Shown one piece after another: positions 56,863 to 64,000 of a stretch of 64,000 nt of DNA; position 1 is the stretch's first letter, and every line of letters begins with the position of its first letter. The position numbers were made by a program, and so were the translations under genes. Source of the DNA: Clostridiales bacterium (lineage in GTDB: Bacteria > Bacillota > Clostridia > Lachnospirales > Lachnospiraceae); the NCBI GenBank assembly GCA_022778745.1, contig JALFSR010000015.1, positions 18,665 through 82,664 on the forward strand. Reading direction: 5' to 3'. Below the pieces are notes generated by a model. That model had not been told where the DNA came from. It saw only the letters and a list, made by a program, of their open reading frames with translations, and made no database searches.

Positions 56863-57954
56863 TTACGGTTTACAGGAACCACATGGTTCATATCCGTCAC
56901 GAATCAAACGTTCTTTGGATAATGTCGTTTCTTGTCTGTTTTCTGTACTTGTACTTTTCACAAAGCGACAAGTCGGAAGATGAAATTTCTTTGTCTTTGT
57001 ATTTAAAATATAGCTAGTTTGTGCAGGAGCAACTGTTGTTGCAGAGCCAATAGGTTCTCCAGCTTTCCAGCTTGTACTTGGTGACATATTCCAGCGAATT
57101 GTATTGCCGTCAGAAGATGCAACAATGGCACCTTGTTCATCTGTCCGAAATACTTGAATATTTCTCGTCCGAAATTCATTTAATGTCTGTGCATGAGGGT
57201 GTCCATAGCGGTTGTTTTCGCCACAGCTGATTACGGCATAAGCAGGGTGAACGGCATCTAAAAAAGCAGAGGTCGAGGCAGTTCGGCTGCCATGATGTGC
57301 TGCCTTATAAACATCGGCAGAAATATCAATGCCATTTTGTAATATATCTTCTTCAGCATTTTCTTCAGCATCTCCAGTAAATAAAAATCGGTTATTGCCA
57401 TGCTGTAAAATAAGTCCGATAGAGTAATCATTTGTATTACTACCATAGTCATTGCTGTTTGGTGCAATGATCGTAAATGATGCACCTCCGAGCGGATACG
57501 TCGTTCCTACCGAAGGAATAGTATTTTGATAATTTTTTTGAGTGACGGAACGAACGACGTCTTGATAAGTTTTTGTATCAGCAGTGCGATCAGAAAGAAA
57601 AATTGTCTTACAGTCAAATTCATCAATAATGACATCAAGCCCTCCGACATGATCTGCATCTGGATGCGTTCCAATGACATAATCCAATTTTTTAATTCCC
57701 TTGCTGATTAAGTAGTTTCGCACATCATCTGCTTTGTCATTATTTCCAGCATCAATGAGCATTGTCTGACCATCGCATTGCAGAAGTGTAGAATCCCCTT
57801 GTCCGACATCTAAAAAATGTACTTCCATCGAAGATGATGCAGTATTTGTTTGAATTGGTGAAGAATTCGATGTGGCAGATAGCTGACCACAAGAACAGAT
57901 ACTGATACATAGCAGCAAGAAAAAAGCCAAAAATGATTTTTGTTTTAAATTCAT
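56863..57954 (-). CDS. ComEC/Rec2-like metallo-beta-lactamase lipoprotein with C-terminal Ada-like Zn-binding domain
   Basis: Lipoprotein-type N-terminus, HFLDVGQGDS, THPDADHVGG, FTGDAE, AAHHGS, YGHPH; tail KFHLPTC...GYEPCGSCKP. Confidence 0.88.
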   Translation of the reverse strand: MNLKQKSFLAFFLLLCISICSCGQLSATSNSSPIQTNTASSSMEVHFLDVGQGDSTLLQCDGQTMLIDAGNNDKADDVRNYLISKGIKKLDYVIGTHPDADHVGGLDVIIDEFDCKTIFLSDRTADTKTYQDVVRSVTQKNYQNTIPSVGTTYPLGGASFTIIAPNSNDYGSNTNDYSIGLILQHGNNRFLFTGDAEENAEEDILQNGIDISADVYKAAHHGSRTASTSAFLDAVHPAYAVISCGENNRYGHPHAQTLNEFRTRNIQVFRTDEQGAIVASSDGNTIRWNMSPSTSWKAGEPIGSATTVAPAQTSYILNTKTKKFHLPTCRFVKSTSTENRQETTLSKERLIRDGYEPCGSCKP

Positions 57955-58044
57955 AGAAATACTCCTTTGTTTTAAATTGTGTATTAAGTAAATCAAAATA
58001 CCTAAAAAATATGAAATATTCTCTCATATTGTATAATTATATTT

Positions 58045-58120
58045 TAGGATTGCGAGAGCATGTAGTGCGGAGCAATCTGTAGGTATCATAGGGTCAAAAG
58101 ATATTTTGACCCTAACATCA
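58045..58120 (+). repeat. Partial copy C of the 187-bp element (right ~76 bp)
   Basis: taggattgcgag...gtgcggagcaatctgtaggtatcatagggtcaaaagatattttgaccctaacatca matches the 3' part of copy A. Confidence 0.85.
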
Positions 58121-58239
58121 TTTTAAAGGAAAAGTATAGGTATGGCAATAAAAATCGATAAAAAATATAGTTGTTGGTGGCGTTTGATCATAAAATTTCA
58201 TATGATAAAGAAAGTATTCGTATAAGGGAAACAAAGAGG

Positions 58240-59004
58240 ATGAGTCATTTTTTAGAGTTAAAATCTGTTTCTTATGCATATCAGACAATGGAAGCTGAGA
58301 CATTAGCATTGAACAATATATCACTGCAAATAGAAGAAGGAGAGTTTGTTTCGATTGTCGGTCCATCTGGGTGTGGGAAATCAACATTGCTTAACTTAAT
58401 TTGTGGTTTAGCTTCTCCAAATTGTGGAGAAATTTTACTAAAGGGAAAAGCAATGCATGATATGGCAATGAATATTGGATATATGCTTCAAAAAGATCAT
58501 TTGTTTGAATGGAGAACGATCTATAGTAATGTTACACTTGGATTAGAAATTCAAAATCGATTAAATGATCAGTCAAAAAAACATGTGAACCAAATGTTAA
58601 AAATGTATGGATTATCCGAGTTTGCTGCAGCACGTCCGTCTCAGTTATCTGGAGGAATGAGGCAGCGTGCAGCATTGATCCGTACTCTTGCGATGGAGCC
58701 AGAATTATTATTATTGGATGAACCATTTTCCGCATTGGATTATCAGACGAGATTGGAAGTATGTGATGATATTTACAGTATACTAAAAAAAGAAAATAAA
58801 ACGGCAATTCTTGTAACACATGATTTATCCGAGGCAATTAGTGTTGGTGATCGAATTGTTGTTTTAAGCAATCGGCCAGCGCAAATAAAAAATATTATAA
58901 CACTTTCCTTTGATCCTGAATTAACTCCGCTTCAAAGAAGAAATGCAAAGCAGTTTGCACCATATTTTAATATGATATGGAAGGAGATGCAGGAAAATGA
59001 GTGA
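58240..59004 (+). CDS. ABC transporter ATP-binding protein, NitT/TauT family
   Basis: GPSGCGKST, QKDHLFEWRT, LSGGMRQRAALIR, LLLDEPFSALD. Confidence 0.92.
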   Translation: MSHFLELKSVSYAYQTMEAETLALNNISLQIEEGEFVSIVGPSGCGKSTLLNLICGLASPNCGEILLKGKAMHDMAMNIGYMLQKDHLFEWRTIYSNVTLGLEIQNRLNDQSKKHVNQMLKMYGLSEFAAARPSQLSGGMRQRAALIRTLAMEPELLLLDEPFSALDYQTRLEVCDDIYSILKKENKTAILVTHDLSEAISVGDRIVVLSNRPAQIKNIITLSFDPELTPLQRRNAKQFAPYFNMIWKEMQENE

Positions 59005-59776
59005 GCATGAGCGATATGTGCTTGAAGAAAAAAAGAAGCAATGGCAAATTCATCTGGCGCAGATTGGTCTGTTTATGTTATTTATTGGTGTTTGGGAAGG
59101 AGCGGTAAGAGCGGGATGGATCAATGATTTTATTTTTAGTAGTCCAAGTCGGGTTGCAAAGACAATTTATGAGATGGTAATAGATAAAAGTCTGTTTGTT
59201 CATATTGGGATTACGATGACTGAGACATTAATTAGTTTTTGTGCAGTGACAGTAATTGGAATTGTAGCAGCTGTTTTGCTCTGGACATGTACATCTGTTG
59301 CAAAAATAATAGAACCGTATCTTGTCATGTTAAATAGTTTGCCAAAGTCAGCACTTGCACCAGTGCTTATTGTATGGTTAGGAAATGATTGGAAGACAAT
59401 TATTGTAGCGGCAGCTTCGGTTGCAGTGTTTGGAAGTATTCTTACATTATACACGAGCTTTCAAGAAGTAGATCAAAATCTTGTAAAGCTAATTTATATT
59501 TTAGGAGGAACAAAAAAAGATGTTATGCGGTTTGTACTATTGCCAGGAAGTATTCCAATGATTATTAGCAATATGAAAGTGAATATTGGACTTTGTCTTG
59601 TTGGAGTGATTATTGGAGAATTTCTTGCAGCAAGAGAAGGATTAGGGTATTTAATTATTTATGGAAGTCAAGTGTTTCAATTAGATCTTGTTATTATGAG
59701 TATTGTTATTTTATGTATAATGGCGGTCTTATTGTATCAATTGATTAATCAGTTAGAAAAACGATATGGAAAATAA
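58997..59776 (+). CDS. ABC transporter permease, NitT/TauT family
   Basis: FSSPS, EPYLVMLNSLPKSALAP, IIGEFL..REGLGYLI. Confidence 0.92.
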   Translation: MSEHERYVLEEKKKQWQIHLAQIGLFMLFIGVWEGAVRAGWINDFIFSSPSRVAKTIYEMVIDKSLFVHIGITMTETLISFCAVTVIGIVAAVLLWTCTSVAKIIEPYLVMLNSLPKSALAPVLIVWLGNDWKTIIVAAASVAVFGSILTLYTSFQEVDQNLVKLIYILGGTKKDVMRFVLLPGSIPMIISNMKVNIGLCLVGVIIGEFLAAREGLGYLIIYGSQVFQLDLVIMSIVILCIMAVLLYQLINQLEKRYGK

Positions 59777-59866
59777 TGAACTTTTGTATGAAATAAAGAT
59801 GTAATATATGAATAAAAAGGATAACTGTTTCATTTAATTAAATTTATATAAAATAGATAGTAAGTC

Positions 59867-59895
59867 TTGTGATAATAATTTTTTTTCGCTATAAT
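59867..59895 (+). promoter_or_regulatory. Sigma-A promoter directly abutting element copy B
   Basis: TTGTGA-17 bp-TATAAT; the element begins 2 bp later. Confidence 0.6.
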
Positions 59896-59897
59896 AA

Positions 59898-60084
59898 TGA
59901 TGTTGGGGTCAAAAGATAGTTTGACCCCATGATACCTACGGATTGCTCCGCACTATGTGTTCTCGCAATCCTAGAAACATTCGAAATTCACCCTAATCGG
60001 GCTACTTTCTCATGTTTTGCGGGTCCCAAAATCATGCTTTTTCATGCAAGCATGAAAAAGCATGACCTTTTGACCCTGGTATCA
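59898..60084 (-). mobile_element. 187-bp MITE-like element, copy B (inverted relative to A)
   Basis: TGATGTTGGGGTCAAAAG...CTTTTGACCCTGGTATCA; flanked by TAATAA on both sides (59892-59897 and 60085-60090). Confidence 0.75.
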
Positions 60085-60168
60085 TAATAATTAAGTTACT
60101 ATATTATTTTATATATCGTAGAAATTATTTTCGGTGGAATTGGATAAAAAATGGAATGGAGGACTTAT

Positions 60169-60555
60169 ATGGAGGAGTTAAATAAAAGACAATATCGGCT
60201 GTTGCAGGTAATTGCAGCTTCCTGTGTAGGAATGTTTATTATTATACTTGTATCAGCATTAATTCTTGTACCAAAAACAGTAGGTATGATGAATCAAATT
60301 AGTCAGATTCAGTCGGATTTGGATCAAGAGTCATTGAGTAAGCTGACAACAGATATTGATCAGCTCATTGTTACATTAAATGAAGAAGTGCAGCAAATGA
60401 CTGGAAAATTAGATCAGATGGATATAGAAAATTTGAATACAGCAATTAAAAACTTGTCAGATGCAGTACAAAAAATGGATATGGATGAATTAAATCGTGC
60501 AATTACAAATTTGTCAGATGTGATTGAACCGCTTGCTCGGTTTATGAGCCGATGA
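60169..60555 (+). CDS. Membrane-anchored coiled-coil protein with internal repeat
   Basis: GGAGG RBS, one TM helix, repeated MD..LN.AI.NLSD units. Confidence 0.75.
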   Translation: MEELNKRQYRLLQVIAASCVGMFIIILVSALILVPKTVGMMNQISQIQSDLDQESLSKLTTDIDQLIVTLNEEVQQMTGKLDQMDIENLNTAIKNLSDAVQKMDMDELNRAITNLSDVIEPLARFMSR

Positions 60556-60559
60556 AATA

Positions 60560-60602
60560 AAATACCCCCATATAGGAGAATTACTCGTATATGGGGGTAT
60601 TT
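60560..60602. terminator. Bidirectional terminator
   Basis: Perfect 15-bp stem AAATACCCCCATATA/TATATGGGGGTATTT. Confidence 0.75.
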
Positions 60603-60668
60603 ATGTAGTGAGAAACTGTTTGTGAAACAGCATGTCTTACTGCACAATCAAAAGCAGTAGTATAAAAA

Positions 60669-61073
60669 TTACTGAATAGAAGATGCAGCAGCAACAACGG
60701 ATGCAGCAGCAGATGCAGCAGCGGATTCAGCAGCAGCAGCAACAGATGCCTGAATAGAAGCTGCGTCAACAGTAGCTTCAGGAGTTGTTTCCGGAGCTGG
60801 AGTAGAAACTGCATCAGAAGAAACAGCTGGTGTAGATTCAGCTGGAGTAGAAGCTACATCAGAAGAAGCAACTGGAGTAGAAGCTACGTCAGAAGAAGCA
60901 GCTGGAGTGGAAACTGCATCAGAAGAAGCAGCTGGAGTGGAAGCTGCATCAGAAGAAACAGCTGGTGTAGAAGCTGCGTCAGAAGATGTAGCTGCTGGAT
61001 TCTTTGTACATCCAGTAAATGCAAGTAATGAAACTGCTGCGATCATAGCAACAAGCTTAGTAGTTTTTCTCAT
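60669..61073 (-). CDS. Low-complexity Ser/Thr/Pro/Ala repeat lipoprotein (134 aa)
   Basis: GGGAGG RBS; MRKTTKL..LLAFTGC lipobox; 10-aa SSDAASTPAA-type repeats; Ala-rich end. Confidence 0.8.
   Translation of the reverse strand: MRKTTKLVAMIAAVSLLAFTGCTKNPAATSSDAASTPAVSSDAASTPAASSDAVSTPAASSDVASTPVASSDVASTPAESTPAVSSDAVSTPAPETTPEATVDAASIQASVAAAAESAAASAAASVVAAASSIQ
60796..60990 (-). repeat. 30-bp coding tandem repeat (5 full units plus a degenerate one)
   Basis: gctggagtagaagctacatcagaagaagca-type units at 60841, 60871, 60901, 60931 and 60961, plus a related unit at 60796. Confidence 0.9.
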
Positions 61074-61361
61074 GTTCAAAATCCTCCCATACAAAAATAT
61101 ATTAAAATAAAGGAATCTATTCTGATTTTGTTGAATAGATACTGAATAAATACTCTTATAGTTTATCAGATATATCTAAAAAATACAATAGAAAAAAGAG
61201 AAAAATAAAAAAATATAATAATAATAACTAGAGGAAACATTCAATTTATGTAAAGATATAAGGAAAGTTTAACTGCTTGATTTTCTTTTAATTGCGAAAT
61301 GACTTGCTCCATGCTATACTGTTAAAGGATAGAAAAATAAGTGTTAAAAGAGGTTAATGTT

Positions 61362-62129
61362 ATGAAACTGCAAAAATTGCTTAGTTATACACGTCAGGCA
61401 ATAGATAAATATGATCTTATCGAGCAAGGTGATAAGATTTTAGTTGGACTATCGGGAGGAAAAGACAGTATTGCTTTGTTATACGCATTGAGTCATTTAC
61501 AGCATTTTTATCCTATTCCATTTTCTGTCTATGCAGTTACTGTTGATATGGGGTTTCCATCATATAACACAACGATGCTGCAAACAATTTGCGAGCAGTT
61601 GCAAGTGGAGTTTATTCAAGTGAAGACCGAGATTGCGGGGATTGTTTTTGAGCAGAGAAAAGAAGCACACCCATGTGCACTTTGTGCAAAACTTCGGCGA
61701 GGGGCATTATTACAGGAGGCTCAAAGACTTGGATGTAATAAGATTGCTTATGGACATCATAAAGATGATGTGATTGAAACAATGATGATGTCTTTGTTTT
61801 TTGAGGGACGTTTTTCATCATTTGGACCATATACGTATTTTCCAGATCAGCAAATTGCAGTGATTCGTCCGCTTATTTATGTATCGGAAAATGAAATTAT
61901 TGGATTTATGAATCAGCAAAAACTGATTCCAATGAAAAATCCATGCCCTGCCGACCATCATACAAAGCGAGAAGAAATGAAACAATTAATAAAACAGCTG
62001 AATAGCTATTACCCAGATATTAAGAAACGATTGTTTACTGCGGTGGAGCATAGTAAGATTGATGATTGGAATATGGATATCATGCAAAAATATAGAGGTG
62101 ACGAGAGTGAAAGAACAAAGCTATCATGA
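61362..62129 (+). CDS. ttcA: tRNA 2-thiocytidine biosynthesis protein TtcA family
   Basis: VGLSGGKDS, PCALCAKLRRG, IAYGHHKDD, IRPL, NPCPAD..TKRE. Confidence 0.88.
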   Translation: MKLQKLLSYTRQAIDKYDLIEQGDKILVGLSGGKDSIALLYALSHLQHFYPIPFSVYAVTVDMGFPSYNTTMLQTICEQLQVEFIQVKTEIAGIVFEQRKEAHPCALCAKLRRGALLQEAQRLGCNKIAYGHHKDDVIETMMMSLFFEGRFSSFGPYTYFPDQQIAVIRPLIYVSENEIIGFMNQQKLIPMKNPCPADHHTKREEMKQLIKQLNSYYPDIKKRLFTAVEHSKIDDWNMDIMQKYRGDESERTKLS

Positions 62130-63162
62130 GCAAGTGGATATAAAAAATACATATAAATTAAGAGAATTGATTGCTGCACTTCCTCCATTTGCCAAAAATT
62201 ATTTTCGTGGAATTGAAACGAGAACATCATCACGGACAAGAATCGCATATGCATATGATCTGAATATATTTTTTCGATATTTGCACAATACAAATCCGAT
62301 TTTTCAAAAAGTAGAGATCAAGGATATTACTTTGGAGCAGTTAGAGCAGCTGCGTCCAATGGACATTGAAGAATATTTGGATTATGTAAAACTTTATGAA
62401 GAAGATGGGCAAGTTCATACGAATAAAGAAAGAGGAATTATGCGAAAGCTTTCTTCTTTAAAGTCATTTTATTGTTATTTTTATCGAAATGAGTCGATTA
62501 AATATAATCCAGTAGAGCTTGTTCAAACTCCAAAATTTCATGAAAAAGCAATTATTCGGCTTGATATGGATGAGATGGAAATGTTATTGGAACATGTAGA
62601 TAATGGAGAAAAACTGACAGAAAAGCAAAAAGTATTTCATCAACGTACACGAATTCGAGATCTTGCAATTATGACACTGCTGCTTGGAACAGGGCTTCGT
62701 GTATCCGAATGTGTTGGTTTAAATTTAGAGGATATTGATTTAAAAAATGATGGAATTAAAGTACATCGAAAAGGTGGAAAGGAAGTTATTGTTTATTTTG
62801 GAGATGAAGTAGAGAGTGCATTGCTCGACTATTTAGAACAGAGAAATACAATAGTTGCAGAGGAAGGTCATGAACGGGCATTGTTTCTTTCTCTTCAAAA
62901 AAAACGAATCAGTGTGCGTACGGTAGAAAACCTTGTAAAAAAATATTCACGTACTGTAACGACAATGAAAAATATTACACCTCACAAATTGAGAAGCACT
63001 TATGGCACAAATTTATATCGCGAGACAGGAGATATTTATCTTGTCGCAGATGTACTTGGTCATGCAGATGTCAATACAACGAAAAAACATTATGCAGCAA
63101 TTGATGATGATAGACGAAAAAAAGCAAGAAATATTGTAAAATTGAGAAAAAAAGAAGAGTAA
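62107..63162 (+). CDS. Chromosomal tyrosine recombinase (XerC/XerS-like)
   Basis: RKLSSLKSFY, RDLAIMTLLLGTGLRVSECVGL, HRKGGK, TPHKLRSTYGT, LGHADVNTTKKHY. GTG start after GAGGTG. Confidence 0.9.
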   Translation: MKEQSYHEQVDIKNTYKLRELIAALPPFAKNYFRGIETRTSSRTRIAYAYDLNIFFRYLHNTNPIFQKVEIKDITLEQLEQLRPMDIEEYLDYVKLYEEDGQVHTNKERGIMRKLSSLKSFYCYFYRNESIKYNPVELVQTPKFHEKAIIRLDMDEMEMLLEHVDNGEKLTEKQKVFHQRTRIRDLAIMTLLLGTGLRVSECVGLNLEDIDLKNDGIKVHRKGGKEVIVYFGDEVESALLDYLEQRNTIVAEEGHERALFLSLQKKRISVRTVENLVKKYSRTVTTMKNITPHKLRSTYGTNLYRETGDIYLVADVLGHADVNTTKKHYAAIDDDRRKKARNIVKLRKKEE

Positions 63163-63173
63163 AATATGGAAAA

Positions 63174-63202
63174 GCACATTTACCATCTATGACACATATA
63201 AT
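63174..63202 (+). promoter_or_regulatory. Putative sigma-E promoter of sigK
   Basis: GCACATT-14 bp-CATATAAT, close to the sigma-E consensus kCATAtt-N14-CATACAwT. Confidence 0.6.
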
Positions 63203-63221
63203 ATAAAAAATGGCGTCATAG

Positions 63222-63501
63222 GTGGCTTTTTCATTGAAAACATTTCCAAAACCGTTCAGTGCATCAGAAGAAAGAGAATGCTTAGAGCGACTTAGGCAAG
63301 GAGATCCAAAAGCGAGAGAGCTATTAATTGAACGAAATATGCGTCTTGTTGCACATATTATTAAAAAATATGCATTTGCCGAACAAGAAATGGAAGATTT
63401 AATTTCAATAGGGACGATAGGATTAATCAAAGCGGTTAATACATTTGACGTAGAAAGAGGAAATAAATTGTCCAGTTATGCTGCCAAATGTATTGATAAT
63501 G
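63222..63501 (+). CDS. sigK: 5' half of the interrupted sporulation sigma factor K gene
   Basis: FPKPFS.SEE, RELLIERNMRLVAHIIKKY, EDLISIGTIGLIKAVNTF, KLSSYAAKCIDN; it then diverges (AILSLFMRHSFV*) where SigK continues EILM. Confidence 0.85.
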
Positions 63502-63657
63502 CTATCCTCTCATTGTTTATGCGGCACAGTTTTGTATAACAGCTGCCAGCGCTTATAAGTTCGTGATTATCTTGATGAATCGAAATCATTTTCAATGTTA
63601 TTAGAAAAGATTACAAAGAATTAAAGAAAATTTAAAAAAGATTTAAAGATTTTTGTC

Positions 63658-63692
63658 TTGACATTTCACTGCATTGTGCTAATATGGCAGTG
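63658..63692 (+). promoter_or_regulatory. Sigma-A-like promoter with overlapping inverted repeat inside the inserted DNA
   Basis: TTGACA-16 bp-TAATAT; CACTGC/GCAGTG brackets the -10. Confidence 0.4.
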
Positions 63693-63941
63693 ATGCAGAA
63701 AACACAAAAAAGACAAAATTTAATGAAGAATACGATTAATTTTGCGATATACAAAAAATATTCCGCTTATTTCTGTTATAATAAATCATATTCGGAATAT
63801 TTATAAATGAAATGCAGAGTGAATAGTCTCCACTTTAAGTTCAAGTTTGCAGAACACTAAACGGAGAAGAAAAATGAAAGAGTTTCACTTGACATTATGC
63901 TATTTTGTATTGAGGAAAATTAATAATACGGAGGTAGTCCT

Positions 63942-64000
63942 ATGAGCTTAAGCGTAGAAAAGAAGATGACAACAAGCAGAGAGTTACGAGCAAATTATAA
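63942..64000 (+). CDS. 5' end of an ORF inside the element, possibly a Phd/YefM-type antitoxin
   Basis: GGAGGT RBS; MSLSVEKKMTTSRELRANY..., open at the window edge. Confidence 0.4.
   Translation, partial: MSLSVEKKMTTSRELRANY

Larger units (their letters stand above)
63487..64000. mobile_element. Left junction and start of a probable skin-like element inserted in sigK
   Basis: Abrupt loss of SigK similarity at AATG (63498-63501); dyad AATG-N4-GATA-ATGC-TATC-N4-CATT centred on the break; AT-rich non-sigK DNA follows. Confidence 0.7.

Noticed and set aside
60796-60990. 30-bp repeats as a CRISPR array
   Set aside because: Units are contiguous with no unique spacers, keep frame inside a lipoprotein ORF, and no cas genes are present.
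62107-63162. Tyrosine recombinase as the integrase of the sigK insert
   Set aside because: It lies outside the insert, overlaps ttcA in a housekeeping operon and looks like the conserved chromosomal Xer-type protein; known skin elements use internal serine recombinases.
23-63430. The many 60-160 aa antisense or overlapping ORFs in the track
   Set aside because: They shadow well-supported genes, lack RBSs and have no recognisable motifs.

Overview
A low-GC Firmicute chromosomal segment, most consistent with a spore-forming Lachnospiraceae/Clostridia genome, made up mostly of core genes. In order: recN (3' part)-spoIVB-spo0A, glgA, rqcH, yicC-remA-gmk-rpoZ-rimO-cinA, gerW, rpmB, asp23-DAK2-recG, an alpha/beta SASP, rsmD-coaD, pepD, an orphan BlaI-type regulator, azlCD, a small alarmone synthetase, RNA-modification genes, recU, hisZGDB, nfnAB, a TetR-MMPL-heptad cluster, a pdaA-like lipoprotein, an rnf operon, ttcA, a Xer-type recombinase and the 5' half of sigK. 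No rRNA, tRNA or CRISPR array was seen. The most notable observations are: (1) sigK is cut off at the conserved CIDN|E position by foreign DNA with a dyad-symmetric junction, i.e. the left end of a probable skin-like excision element running off the window, and the gene has no pro-sequence; (2) a 187-bp non-coding MITE-like element with 18-bp imperfect terminal inverted repeats, internal hairpins and AT-rich 5-6 bp flanking duplications is present as two full and two partial copies, three of them directly behind a TATAAT box; (3) RnfD and RnfG are fused in one ORF with a Pro/Val/Ser repeat tail; (4) the usual pgsA between rimO and cinA is missing, but a fossil of its start survives in the rimO 3' end; (5) an uncalled 46-aa membrane ORF; (6) a GNAT gene broken by a 5-bp duplication. 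All calls were made by eye, without database searches.
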